Of a DNA stretch of 64,000 nt, positions 45,424-56,212 are shown piece after piece. Numbering within the stretch: position 1 is the first letter of the stretch; every line of letters begins with the position of its first letter. Below the pieces are notes generated by a model. The model was not told where the DNA came from and searched no databases. It saw only the letters and a list, made by a program, of their open reading frames with translations. Source of the DNA: a virus. Its lineage: Duplodnaviria; Caudoviricetes. The stretch lies in IMG/VR virus record IMGVR_UViG_3300026549_000067, positions 17,514 through 81,513 of that record; one strand, written 5' to 3'. Position numbers and translations under genes: made by a program.

Positions 45424-45487
45424 AGGATTCTGTGCGGAATCGAACCGCAGTAACGAGTTATGCGTTACGCACTCCAGTGCCGATCCT
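45424..45487 (-). ncRNA. compact tRNA-like structure (64 nt)
   Basis: GCAC-TGGA-GTGC, GTAACG-CATAACT-CGTTAC, TGCGG-TTCGATT-CCGCA, closed by AGGAT/ATCCT. Confidence 0.5.
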
Positions 45488-45725
45488 AAATGATGAGATC
45501 ATCTATTATTCGCTTTTTTGGTGGGGACGCTTGTCTCTTCGGTGTTCCCCAAACCTGCACGCCTTATAAATGATTCAGCAAATGAAGGTAATTGATTATG
45601 AGTAGGTGAAGTAGTAGGCAATTCTGGTGTCGGCGTTGCACCGTTTGTCACGAAAAGCGCACCGGAGTTTTTGACGCTCCTTTAATCACAGCCATCTGCC
45701 GTAGTGCGCAAGGAGTATAAAGTAT

Positions 45726-46132
45726 GTCAACTACCCACCCACTAAAGTGAGTGGGCTTGTAACTATCCGGTAGTCCGAACGACCTGTGGTCTCCTGCCTT
45801 TGTTACAAGCGAGCTTGCTGATGTTACATCACGGGACGGTTGACAACGCCCCTTGCAAAGGAGATGTACTCCGATGCAACTGCAACGGTACTTGATTCCC
45901 ATGCTTGCAGTTAAGATGGTTATTTCAACACTTAAGATTTTACATTCCAAGTGATTAGTTGGAAAAACCTCATATCTTAACTTGTCAATGTTCAAAGAGT
46001 GCCTTCAGTAACAATGGTTACCCAACGGTTTTCTCTATGGGAATATTATAACACAAAATCTCACTTTTAGAAAGGAAAAACGGCTCCTCCCACCTGCTAA
46101 AGCAAGTGGGTTTCCGCCGCTGAATCAGTTTT
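45726..46132. mobile_element. ORF-less IS200/IS605-derived element (407 bp)
   Basis: gtcaactaccc terminus like the IscB element, with hairpin cccact-aaagtg-agtggg; second hairpin cccac..gtggg at 46089-46110. Confidence 0.7.
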
Positions 46133-46276
46133 ATGAAAAAAGCAAAACTGAAACAGTTTTCTTAATTCCAAACTAATCCAAGATTCATTGCAAATATTGC
46201 GATCCAGAACAGCGATAAAACACTTACAGCTTCACTTTCCTTCTTCATCAGCATGATTGCCATAATCATGATCGCA

Positions 46277-46732
46277 TCAAGAATCGTAACGATGATTTTG
46301 TATGCTAACATCTGTTCCTAATACTCTGTCGAGTATCCTTTCTGCCAGTTTGTCGTTGTTTTCGTAATTTCCTGCTTCATCCAGAGCCGACCTGATGGAT
46401 GCCAGAAAACCATTTCGCAGGTCTTCGTCCATCTGTAAAGCGAAGTCCAATCCTCTGATGCACTCCACTGTCGATTCTGGTGAAATGTTTATTCCGATGT
46501 CAGCAAGTCCGTCAAATTCGAACCCAGATACAAGTTCCAGATCAACATGCGGTACCTCGTATGGTTCTGCATGGAAATCAATTGCCACAACATAGTTCAC
46601 AGATGATCCGTTTATCTCTACGCTATATCCATTTCCGACATCATTCAGTTGTTTTATCTTGACATTACCTACCATCGTCATATTCGAACCCATCTCGCAT
46701 ATCGTCAGCAGTGATTGCGTTGTTTGGATCAT
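46277..46732 (-). CDS. hypothetical protein
   Basis: ORF track; acidic composition. Confidence 0.5.
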   Translation of the reverse strand: MIQTTQSLLTICEMGSNMTMVGNVKIKQLNDVGNGYSVEINGSSVNYVVAIDFHAEPYEVPHVDLELVSGFEFDGLADIGINISPESTVECIRGLDFALQMDEDLRNGFLASIRSALDEAGNYENNDKLAERILDRVLGTDVSIQNHRYDS

Positions 46733-46997
46733 TTGTCATCAGAATCCCACGCCGCTGTGTTGCACTTTGTGGCATTGGTGGCTCCGAATCTTTCTCTAAG
46801 AACTCGATTTCAAAGTCCAAATACTGTCGTGCTTTCCGCAGATCATCAAGAATTGTGTTTCCGTCCTTCCGACCTGCTCTGACAATGTATTTCACGACAT
46901 TGCCAAGATTGAAATTCAAATTCCAACCACGAATCGCATCCTTCGGCTCGATATCGGCATATGTGTAATGCTTCGGAGCATGAATCTTATCACTCAT
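46665..46997 (-). CDS. DUF3310-like protein
   Basis: IHAPKHY...FNLGNVVKYIVRAGRK...DDLRKARQYL; start approximate. Confidence 0.85.
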   Translation of the reverse strand: MSDKIHAPKHYTYADIEPKDAIRGWNLNFNLGNVVKYIVRAGRKDGNTILDDLRKARQYLDFEIEFLEKDSEPPMPQSATQRRGILMTNDPNNAITADDMRDGFEYDDGR

Positions 46998-47400
46998 CGA
47001 GAACCTCACTGACAAACCTTTTGCCAAACTTCTTCTCTGCTTTGCTTCTGGACATCGACAGAATCTTGCAGACGTTTTCATCGACCATCGAGACGATCAA
47101 TTCACACATGTTGCTTTCAACATGCTCATGCAGTTCTGACAAAACTTCCTGAGCGATTTCGCATTTCAGCTTGTCCATAACAGATGCATCTTCATCTACG
47201 ATGTAATCACATTCGACAGCTTCAATGTCATCAAGTACCGCTTGGATGTCAAGCACCATTGCATACTGCTTCTTCGTCAGATCATCTGTCGAATATTCCG
47301 ACATGCCATATTCAATTACCATGTAGACCTCTTTTTTGTTTTTTAAAAATTTTTGGAATTGGTATTTTAGATCTCCGTATACCATTTCGGTATCGGGCAT
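46990..47400 (-). CDS. hypothetical acidic protein
   Basis: ORF track. Confidence 0.5.
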   Translation of the reverse strand: MPDTEMVYGDLKYQFQKFLKNKKEVYMVIEYGMSEYSTDDLTKKQYAMVLDIQAVLDDIEAVECDYIVDEDASVMDKLKCEIAQEVLSELHEHVESNMCELIVSMVDENVCKILSMSRSKAEKKFGKRFVSEVLDE

Positions 47401-47487
47401 ATAGAGTATATATATCTCACTAAGTCATTTGACCTGTGGCTTTGAGTAGATTTTATTACAAAAATGTTTAACAAGCAAACACAGTAA

Positions 47488-48144
47488 TTAAATTGCGACT
47501 TTTTCGGAAGTTCCGTCTCGCCATATAAATGCATAACGTCTTCCGTCTTCATAGTCTAGGAATCCCACCTGCTTTCCGTTTCTTACGCCACCGTTACAGT
47601 TTGCATTCAACAGGTCAATGTTGTTTCGGTATCGCTTAATACCGTGTTCTTTCTTGAATTCATCAAACCATACTGTCTCTGCGAAGTTTCCGCGAACACC
47701 AAGTTTGTCTTTGCATTCCGATTTTGATATCTTGCAGTTGAAGAAGTCAAACAACAACTCTTTGTAATTCTCTGAGTGAACTCTTTTTCGACCGCTGACT
47801 ATCTTTAGCTTTTCGCTTCGTTTTGCTTTCGCAAAATTCGACATGTGTATTTTCATGTGACACGTTAGACAAACCGGAGCGATGTTCGTGAACCTGTTTG
47901 TTCCACCGACCTCAAGCGGCACAATGTGGTGATATTCGATTTCCTTGTCATCTCCGCAGTTTACGCACTCTGTCCCACATTTCTCTGGTAACTGCTTATG
48001 AAACTTGGCTGACGAAAACTCTTTGCGCAATCTTTCGTATTCTGTCATAGATGCACCCTCACTTTCTGTGTGTGATTCGGTGTATGCATCTTTCAGAATG
48101 ACTTCTGATGCGCTCCTGCCGATATTCCGTTTTGGTCTTAACAT
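47488..48144 (-). CDS. HNH endonuclease
   Basis: CVNCG....EYHHIVPLEVGGTNRFTNIAPVCLTCH. Confidence 0.88.
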   Translation of the reverse strand: MLRPKRNIGRSASEVILKDAYTESHTESEGASMTEYERLRKEFSSAKFHKQLPEKCGTECVNCGDDKEIEYHHIVPLEVGGTNRFTNIAPVCLTCHMKIHMSNFAKAKRSEKLKIVSGRKRVHSENYKELLFDFFNCKISKSECKDKLGVRGNFAETVWFDEFKKEHGIKRYRNNIDLLNANCNGGVRNGKQVGFLDYEDGRRYAFIWRDGTSEKVAI

Positions 48145-48698
48145 TCTGCGTCCCTGATAATGCGATCCAGTGTGGGTCTGGAAACGCCAAGCTGTCTAGC
48201 AACTTCAACCTTCTTCATCGTTCCTTCTGCGAGTGCGGTGAGAAATTCATCGATTCCGTCAATAACCACGGACTTGCGACCGCAGTTTTTGTATGCACCA
48301 TTGCGCTTTGCGATCTCGATACCTTCCTTCTGACGTTCAAGCATGTTTGTGCGCTCAAATTCAGCAATCGCACCGATCATCGTCAGCATCAGCTTTCCTG
48401 TCGGTGTGGATGTATCGACAAACTCTTTGTTGCTTACCAGATGGATGTCTCTCTCGTTCAGTTTCTCGACAATTTCCAGAAGATCCTTTGTGCTTCTTGC
48501 GAGTCTGGAAAAATCATGAACGTAGATCGTATCTCCGCTCTCCGCTTCTTCCATCATCCTCTGCAACTCTGGACGATGTGTGTTCTTGCCAGATACCTTC
48601 TCGATGTACCAGATGTCGATGCCGTGTTTCTTGAGTCCTTCGATCTGCCGCGCTTCATTCTGCTCGACAGTGGAAACCCTGACATATGCTCTCTTCAT
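48138..48698 (-). CDS. small serine recombinase (resolvase/invertase)
   Basis: AYVRVSTVEQ catalytic Ser motif, SRLARS, AEFER, C-terminal HTH; 186 aa. Confidence 0.93.
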   Translation of the reverse strand: MKRAYVRVSTVEQNEARQIEGLKKHGIDIWYIEKVSGKNTHRPELQRMMEEAESGDTIYVHDFSRLARSTKDLLEIVEKLNERDIHLVSNKEFVDTSTPTGKLMLTMIGAIAEFERTNMLERQKEGIEIAKRNGAYKNCGRKSVVIDGIDEFLTALAEGTMKKVEVARQLGVSRPTLDRIIRDAEC

Positions 48699-48732
48699 GT
48701 TGTTACCGCCCTTTCTATAACTTTATAGTGTA

Positions 48733-48803
48733 ATTGTAGCATGGATCGGTAATGTTTTCAACACTAAATATAACTTTACAGTGTATTTTTTCTGTGTTAA
48801 AAT
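48733..48803. promoter_or_regulatory. back-to-back sigmaA promoters
   Basis: Minus TTGAAA-17-TACAAT (48733-61); plus TTTACA-17-TAAAAT (48775-803). Confidence 0.65.
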
Positions 48804-48832
48804 GTAAACATTAAATCAGGGGGTACAAACAC

Positions 48833-49069
48833 ATGAACAATACGATTATCTCTCCGACAGGTAACTTGACCATAGATCTCAAAACCGTATTCAGTTCTTC
48901 GGGAATGAAACTTAAAGATATCAATGCTGAATTCAATAAGCGTAGAGGTGTCGATCTTGGATACCAGAACTTTAGTAACCGTCTATCGAGAGGTACATTC
49001 AAATACCAAGAGGTTGTAACTCTTCTCGATATCGTTGGATATGATATTCAGTGGATCAAGAGATCATAA
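48833..49069 (+). CDS. small HTH regulator divergent from recombinase
   Basis: MKLKDINAEF...YQNFSNRLSRGTFKYQEVVTLLDIVGY. Confidence 0.7.
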   Translation: MNNTIISPTGNLTIDLKTVFSSSGMKLKDINAEFNKRRGVDLGYQNFSNRLSRGTFKYQEVVTLLDIVGYDIQWIKRS

Positions 49070-49399
49070 GTGTATATGGACTCTGTGTAGTGTTTATCTA
49101 CATGGAGTCTTTTTTTATTTTAAAAAAAATTTTAAATATACACTACTGGTCTTTTTTGTTAAAAAAATATTTAATATACTAACTGCCGTTCGATGACCGC
49201 GATTCACTGACCCCGAGCCGGTATCCTGTGCCGCTTTCCTGCGTCTGGTTTTCGTGCCGTTTTCGTCTCGTCAATTTGCACAAAAAACAGTTTGCAAAAC
49301 ACTTGTAAAAAAATATCGTGCTTTTTCTTTACGTTTTGCGCAGATTTTCGCGGTTTTGCTGATCGTTTCGCGGATCTTTTGCGGATCTTCTGAAGCTGG

Positions 49400-50023
49400 T
49401 CAGCTTGTTTCCGCGTCGATCAATCGCGGTTTTGCAATATCTGCATACTTTTCAGCTATCTGTTCCGGTGTGGCTTGCTGTTCTTGTGTGCTGATCACTT
49501 CGACTTGCTGAACGTTATCACGGTATTGATAATTTGCTTTGAGGTTGAATATATCGCCGATGGATCCGCGGGTAGCTTCTCCCAGTGAAACGGATTCGCA
49601 ATAGTCAAACCATTTTTGAACCGTGCGTCTAGTTTCAGGATTTGCCTTGTAACCACCTTGCCTGTAAGATCCTCGTTTTACGTCTCCAACTATGTTACGG
49701 TCTATATCAACGAATACACAAAACTGTTGTATAGTTGGGGTTATAGAATACCTAGAACATAAGACAGAATAAATATTATCAAAGATCTCATCCAGAAGAT
49801 TATAGTTATTATTATAATTATTATTTCTATGTTGTTTATCTGTATCAATGATATATTTAACTTTGTATTTATATATATACTTTAGCATTCCAGAGAAAAC
49901 AGATGGTTTTGTAATGCTTATATTTTCTGGCAATGTGTTTATATATTCTTCGCAGAGAACGTCTATTTCACTCTGGTATACTTCAATGTTTCCAGTGCTT
50001 AAAATAACATTGTCGATTGCCAA
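49400..50023 (-). CDS. probable terminase small subunit / DNA-packaging protein
   Basis: PTIQQFCVFVDI (HTH-like), IFNLKANYQYRD C-terminal motif; first gene of the late region. Confidence 0.6.
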   Translation of the reverse strand: MAIDNVILSTGNIEVYQSEIDVLCEEYINTLPENISITKPSVFSGMLKYIYKYKVKYIIDTDKQHRNNNYNNNYNLLDEIFDNIYSVLCSRYSITPTIQQFCVFVDIDRNIVGDVKRGSYRQGGYKANPETRRTVQKWFDYCESVSLGEATRGSIGDIFNLKANYQYRDNVQQVEVISTQEQQATPEQIAEKYADIAKPRLIDAETS

Positions 50024-50521
50024 AATATATAAATTCTCCTTGTCTTTTCAGCTGGTGTTTACTTGTTCCGGATCTGCTTAGTTTACCTGTGTTTCGTGTC
50101 GCTGATATACCAGAAAAACAGACTTTTCCCTGTTTGCTTTGCTTTTTTCACTTGTCAAGGTTCAATCAAACTTTCGATCTTTTCCGCGGTTCCCTTTATC
50201 GGCGGTGTTTCCCGTTTGACAATCTGACCATAACATATAAATCTTGCTATTGTCAAGCAAAAACATTAAAATCTTGTCATTACATAATAATTCGCTCCGC
50301 GGATTGCACTGCGTGCATGTTGCCGCGCGTTTGATCGGTTCCGGATCTTGTGAAGCTGGGCGGCGTGTCGGATCCTTTGCCAGCTTTTGAAAATACGCGC
50401 GTTCTAGCGTGTTTTGTTTTCCAGTGATCGTTTCCGCGTCCGTGATCGTTTGGGCATCTTCTGCGGCGTTTCCTTGCGTTCTAGGCACAAAAAAAGAGAC
50501 GCGGCGCGGCGTCTCTGTGTG

Positions 50522-50734
50522 TCAATCTGGTATGTGTTTAATGATATAGTTCGGCTGTTTTCCTAGCATATCACATATTGCGTCCAGGCTTTTTATTCCT
50601 ATGATTTCATTGTTTCGGATCTTCTGAAGTGTTGCTTCTGATAGTCGTTTCTCTTGTCTAATTCTGAAGGTGCTATATCCAGCTTTTTTTATATTGCCCA
50701 AACCAGTTGTCCCTTTCTTTCTCCACTTCTTCAT
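50522..50734 (-). CDS. Cro/C1-type HTH protein
   Basis: LSEATLQKIRNNE.I.IKSLDAICDML. Confidence 0.75.
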   Translation of the reverse strand: MKKWRKKGTTGLGNIKKAGYSTFRIRQEKRLSEATLQKIRNNEIIGIKSLDAICDMLGKQPNYIIKHIPD

Positions 50735-50845
50735 CGATCAAACAGATTGTATGCAATTTAATTTGCCAGTGTCCATCTGAGTCCCTGTATATGCGTCCTG
50801 TCCGATAGCAGTAATGAGTCCTGTTGCATACATCGCAGTTCGTTT

Positions 50846-51247
50846 TCATACCAGTTTGACCTCGATGCCCAACTGCTCTTTAATGCCCTGTTTGTATTCG
50901 TCCATGTAGGCATATCCCTTGTTGATGTAGTCCACACCTGTCATGTACAGGTCACGGAATTTCTTTGCACGTTTCTCTCCGAAACCAAACTCATCATGCA
51001 GTGTCGCAAGCGCAAGTACCAAACTGAATTCCAGTACGGCACTCTGATGCTTCTGCAATTCCTTCTGGATCTGTTTGTTGTCCAACGGCAGTGTCATGCC
51101 TGATTGATTCCTGTTGTGAAGTTCCTTCTTGAATTCGTCCATGCCTATCGCTTCAATTCTGCGCACTGCATAGTCCATACCGTCAAGTCTTGCCATTGCT
51201 TCTCTATCTATTTTAGCCATATCTTTTCTCCACAAATGCCAGTTCAA
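50846..51247 (-). CDS. conserved phage hypothetical protein
   Basis: LHDEFGFGEKRAKKF motif. Confidence 0.6.
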   Translation of the reverse strand: MNWHLWRKDMAKIDREAMARLDGMDYAVRRIEAIGMDEFKKELHNRNQSGMTLPLDNKQIQKELQKHQSAVLEFSLVLALATLHDEFGFGEKRAKKFRDLYMTGVDYINKGYAYMDEYKQGIKEQLGIEVKLV

Positions 51248-51509
51248 CTCCGAGTGTTTCGCATATCAGTTCAAGCGTATCCGCACGCGGAACTATCTTC
51301 CCCTTCTCGATTTTGCACAACTCACCGTTGTCAATCTTGGCTCTTCTGGCGCATTCGATTTGTGAGATGCCCTTCTGTGTTCTGCACTTCCGTATCATCT
51401 CGCCAATGTTAGTGTTCTTTCTCATAAAAGTCCTCGTCATATATACAGACGTTGCGCTTGCAGTGTAGGCAATCTTCTGCTGACTTTGGATCGCAAGTCT
51501 CTTTGGCAA
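51213..51509 (-). CDS. XRE HTH protein
   Basis: IGEMIRKCRTQKGISQIECARRAKIDNGELCKIEKG. Confidence 0.8.
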   Translation of the reverse strand: MPKRLAIQSQQKIAYTASATSVYMTRTFMRKNTNIGEMIRKCRTQKGISQIECARRAKIDNGELCKIEKGKIVPRADTLELICETLGVELAFVEKRYG

Positions 51510-52810
51510 TTCGTCTTGTGCGATTCAACTGCCTTACAGGTGTATTGATAATCTTGTCAACATCCCAACCATATTTGAGACGCTGATCCACAAGATACCA
51601 CGGAAGATTGCCCATCTTTGCAATGTCTGACTTCGTTATGAATTTTCCTTTGTATTCGATCCTTGTTGTAGCGTTCATTTTAACAGCCAGAACTTCAACC
51701 ACATCGGAAGGTCACTGTTCACGATTACCCTTGTCAGTAACATTGACAGTATTATCACTACCACCACTATCAGTGTTGCCACCCATGCTTTCATATCGTC
51801 TTGCTCCATATGCATTCAATAGTCTGTTTGCGTCATATGCTGACATCTCAGCTTGGCACAGGTCACATGTCATGCATACCTGCGTCATGTAGTCCTTGCA
51901 CTTGCGTCCCTTGTACTTGGCATACAGAGACTTGCAAATGTAGTTTACAGAGATGCCATACTTAGCTGTTGCCATTATTAGTTTGCCCATTTGTAGGTAC
52001 TCCCCCACTCCTGTACATTGCCATGTATTGCTCCATATCATTCGGATTTATGACATTGCACAGGAACTCATAAAAATTAATAATTTCGATGGCGCGTATC
52101 ATAGCGTCATGCTCCCATGTATCATGACATTTCGGAAGGATTTTACTTGCTATGATATCGGTTGCGGCAGATAGTTTGATTTGTGGTGTCATGAGTATGC
52201 TCCTTTCCGAACATCAATCACATACCTGTCCTCATGCACATAAGTGATACCCTGTGATGCTTCATGTGCTGTCCATTTGCTCATATCGTTAGTTTCTATG
52301 AAATTGATTTGCGCTTCAGCTTCATCTGGCATAACAAATGTGATGATAGTTTTATTGGTCAAGTACATTGTCTGCCCCTTTCCGCTTGCCCTGATTGCAA
52401 GCAAATCCGTCAGGTATAATGAATCCAAGCACACCTCAAGTATGATATATTGCGCCCGTATCAACATCTTTAATGTCTGCGCGCCATTGACAATCTTTGC
52501 ACCGCACTACAGGCTGAACGTCTGCGGATGGCAACCACTTTTTCAGTATCCATTCAAATTTGTCGAGTGCCGCCATAAATCCTTCTGCATAATCGCTATC
52601 TACTGGAAACCTTTCTTCCTCTACTGCATCGATCGCATCCTGTCTGTATATGGTATCTGAACTGTTCGGAATTTCCGAACTGTTGAGTGCTTCGATTGCC
52701 ATGCGAAACGCAGTTTTTCCTTCTTCGTTTAATTCACAATAGGAATCCAGTGCATCCTCAAGATTTCTTAGCAGTGCAATTGCTTCTCGATTACTCATCC
52801 TGTTCACCAA
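51409..52810 (-). CDS. cluster of short hypothetical genes
   Basis: Overlapping ORFs 51409-51702, 51712-52041, 51962-52192, 52189-52467, 52436-52810. Confidence 0.5.
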
Positions 52811-52938
52811 CTTCCTCGTAAATCCACCCTAACAACAATTTTGCCATGAGCCGATGAAATTTGTTTGGTAGCTTGCAATCATACAGTATTAAACTAATAC
52901 CTTCGTTGATTTTTAATATGCCCGTTTGCCTTGGTAAT

Positions 52939-53235
52939 CTAATGTTCATCCTGTTCACCTCTTGTTTGATCCAATGTTGCTTTAAGGTGACTTATTTTTA
53001 AATTCATGATGCACCATCCATCCTGTAAACCACCTTTCCAATCATACAGGATGTAATTAACATATCTCGTCACCTCTCGCCCTGTGTATTTTTCACCATC
53101 CCATTCTTTTAAATGCAGATAATCTCCGACCTTAAATCCCCTGTCATTCTTTCGCAATTCAAATGTTTTTTCTCTTAAACATACTGCATCGAAATATTCT
53201 GGAAGTATTTTAAGTTCATGAATCATCCTGTTCAC
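52939..53235 (-). CDS. ASCH/DUF3850 domain protein
   Basis: HELKILPEYFDAV...KTFELRKNDRGFKVGDYLHLKEWDG. Confidence 0.88.
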   Translation of the reverse strand: MNRMIHELKILPEYFDAVCLREKTFELRKNDRGFKVGDYLHLKEWDGEKYTGREVTRYVNYILYDWKGGLQDGWCIMNLKISHLKATLDQTRGEQDEH

Positions 53236-54568
53236 CTCTCATAAATTCCATTCTTCTCCAGTTTCTTGGTTCACAACATAAGCCTCGCCGTCAACATCAT
53301 ATGGACACGACAACTGCACCATTTCTGCGGCTTCTTCTGGAGACTCGGCTTCGACCGTATCTGAATATACCACCATGTATGAAACGCTATATTCACTCAT
53401 CCTGCTCCCTTCTCCAATCTTCTAGCATCCATAGAATTGGATTGTCATAGGCATAACTCATATCTTCCCAATCATCTGCATATTTTTGAATCCAATCCAA
53501 TGGGATTGTGTTTGGCTGTGCGGATGCAAATTTCGCATCTGGTAATGCTACCTGTGTTATCTGTCCAGATATAGCTAGGTGGATTGTACCCACCGTCACT
53601 GTTCTGTTCAATCAGATACTTATCTATCAATTCGATGTATTTAGCCATCACATCTCCTTTTCTGTTCTGCCAGAAGATCCTCTTTCCATCTGAGCCAATC
53701 TGGTTTATCAATTGTCGGATCGCCGTACAGATTTGCGTCCTCTTGAAACTTGCAATCATCCAACATCACCTGTATGTCTCTGTCGGAGAACTCTGAGAAA
53801 TGCTCTCGACAAATGCCCTGTACCAATGATGGCATATATGTCTGTCTGCCCTGACAGTACCGTATAGCGCAAATGCATAACGTCCCGAAGTCATCCTGAG
53901 AAATGTTAATTTTCATATCTTTTCTCCGTAAATGTGATAATACTGAATATCGCAATATGTATTGCATTTTGGGCAATAAACAAATTCACCTTCAAAGTTT
54001 ATAAACATTGTTTTTTTGTTTTCTAGTTTGATTGGCGATTTGCAATAGAGACATTTAACCGTATCTCCAATGTTTATTGTCGGGAGATTAAACCTCATCT
54101 TGCATTTCCTTCCTTGCCGCTCCATATCCTTCCGCGACACCTTTCATGTATGTTTTTTTCATGTTGTCGGAAATGGTTTCCAGAACGTCCATCATGCCCT
54201 GTGCCTGATCGTTAGACACGTCATAGACACGCCTTATCATGTCTCTAAGCTGTCCGCTAGTCATGTTCATACCTCTCTTGCGCATTTGTACCTGACAAAT
54301 GTTTTATACCCACCTTCTTGGCGATGTACCGTATCTTTTATAGCTGTCCAAAACGGACATTCATCTTCAATGCAATCGGCAAACTCAGTGATGTGCTGTT
54401 CGTGTCTTGCCATCTCAGGTGGATGGTATATTGCAGGAATGATTGTCGTTTTAGTTTGCCACGGACACTTCATTTCGCAATTCCTCTCTGCGCATCCTTC
54501 CCGTCTTCTGCATATGCCACAGCGTCAATCGCATCTGTACGGCTGATTAAATCATTCATTCCTTATCC

Positions 54569-55519
54569 TCACTTTCTGCCTGCTGTGTGTCTGCTGGTGC
54601 TTTCGGCAATTCGTTTCTTTGCGATCTCAAAATAGTTTCCGTCAAGCTCAATGCCGATAAAGTTTCTGTTTGTGTTCACGCAAGCAACACCCGTTGACCC
54701 GCTACCCATTGTGAAGTCAAGTACAATATCCCATTCGTTGGAATAAGTCTGTATTAAATCTTCTAAAAGCGCAACGGGCTTCTGCGTTGGGTGATATCCG
54801 TCATTGTCCTTTTTGTACTCAAGAACATTTGACTTTGATTTGCCACCTTGCCAAAGGTTGAATGTTGCGGTGTATTTTTCGTTCAGCCGTGCAAGTGTTG
54901 CATAAGGCAAAAAGCCGTCCATCTTATCAATGCCAAAAACAGAAACAATCTCGTTGTATGTATGTTCGGTGCATAGTGAAAACTGCGTACTGCCTTTTCC
55001 TTTTCCCGTCACATAAAAACAATGTTCGGCTTTTCTGTGCCCCAATCGTGCATTTATTTCTTTGCAAGATTTAGCACCGATAAACTCCAAAACTCGCTTA
55101 AAATAATCTCTTAATTCGTTGGTACATTCGGCATCGTGTGGTTTGGTGAAAATGCAAATATCCTCATATCTGCTAACCATTGCAGATTTCGCCAAAAGTG
55201 CATTTGCGTGTACGTTTTTATACCAAATCGCGCGGTAGCAAAAAGGCAAAGACGGAATAGCCGATGTGATAAGCCGTGATGTATAAGGCTCTTGCGAAAA
55301 TAGCACAACTTTTCCGTTCTGCCGTAAAATTCGTGTCAGTTCGGTAAATAATGCGGTGGGATCAATTTCATTGTCCCATTCGGTTGTTTTATTGTTCCAC
55401 CCGTCAAGTGCCGCATTTTTCATTGTCCCATACGGAGGGTCTGTCAGCACCAAATCCACCGAACCATCAGGAATATTCTTCATCAATTCAAGACAATCGC
55501 CTTGTTGCAACCAAATCAT
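54569..55519 (-). CDS. N6/N4 DNA methyltransferase (beta class)
   Basis: GDCLELM, DPPYG, HPTQKP, VLDFTMGSGSTG. Confidence 0.93.
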   Translation of the reverse strand: MIWLQQGDCLELMKNIPDGSVDLVLTDPPYGTMKNAALDGWNNKTTEWDNEIDPTALFTELTRILRQNGKVVLFSQEPYTSRLITSAIPSLPFCYRAIWYKNVHANALLAKSAMVSRYEDICIFTKPHDAECTNELRDYFKRVLEFIGAKSCKEINARLGHRKAEHCFYVTGKGKGSTQFSLCTEHTYNEIVSVFGIDKMDGFLPYATLARLNEKYTATFNLWQGGKSKSNVLEYKKDNDGYHPTQKPVALLEDLIQTYSNEWDIVLDFTMGSGSTGVACVNTNRNFIGIELDGNYFEIAKKRIAESTSRHTAGRK

Positions 55520-55573
55520 CTGTTACACCTCACATCAATCGCCGCCTGTCTGCTGATTAAATCATCCATCCTG

Positions 55574-56212
55574 TCACCCCCATTGTTCTGCCATTGCTTT
55601 TGCGATGCCCGGAAATGTCTTTGCTCTATTTTTCTGCCTGTCCTTCCCACCATGATTAAACCAGTTGCCAGCTATTTTACTGCTTTGCCGTTCTTCGCAA
55701 ATATCGGTTGGCACAAGATTTGGCAGCCCTTTCAACCACAAACAGGTTTTTTTCTGCACTGGATGACCAAACATCCACGGTTGAATAATCTGCGTATATT
55801 TCGGCAGACAATACACTGTTGACGGAATCGGATTTTCAACGGCAATTCTTTCACAATCTGCATACAAAAAACGAAGGAAAAAATGCGTTGCTTCAATTCC
55901 CTTTTTTAGTCTCTCCTCGTTCAGAACACCCTTGCCCCCCGGATAAAGGAACCGAACTCCTGCGTTGCTAATGTAAGTGCATGGCGGATGAGCAATCAAT
56001 AAATCCCACTTGCCATCAATTCGATGTCTCTGACCATCAGCAGTTTCAAACTCGCAATTACCGTTGATAATCGGCAGCGCATCTCCCTGTATATGCCACT
56101 CCGGGTGTCCGCCGGAACACTCTAGAATGTCACAGCTATATGCTTCATGTCCACGCTCACGGAATGCAATGCAGACACGCTGCGATTCTTCACAAGCAAT
56201 TAAAACTTTCAT
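55574..56212 (-). CDS. C5 cytosine methyltransferase-like protein
   Basis: VLIACEESQ, AHPPCT, ENP, KTFPGIAKAMAEQW. Confidence 0.8.
   Translation of the reverse strand: MKVLIACEESQRVCIAFRERGHEAYSCDILECSGGHPEWHIQGDALPIINGNCEFETADGQRHRIDGKWDLLIAHPPCTYISNAGVRFLYPGGKGVLNEERLKKGIEATHFFLRFLYADCERIAVENPIPSTVYCLPKYTQIIQPWMFGHPVQKKTCLWLKGLPNLVPTDICEERQSSKIAGNWFNHGGKDRQKNRAKTFPGIAKAMAEQWG

Noticed and set aside
45726-46132. IStron / group I intron
   Set aside because: No P7/P3 core motifs found; only IS200/605-type ends.
48138-48698. Serine integrase
   Set aside because: Only 186 aa, with no recombinase or zinc-ribbon domains; it is resolvase/invertase class.
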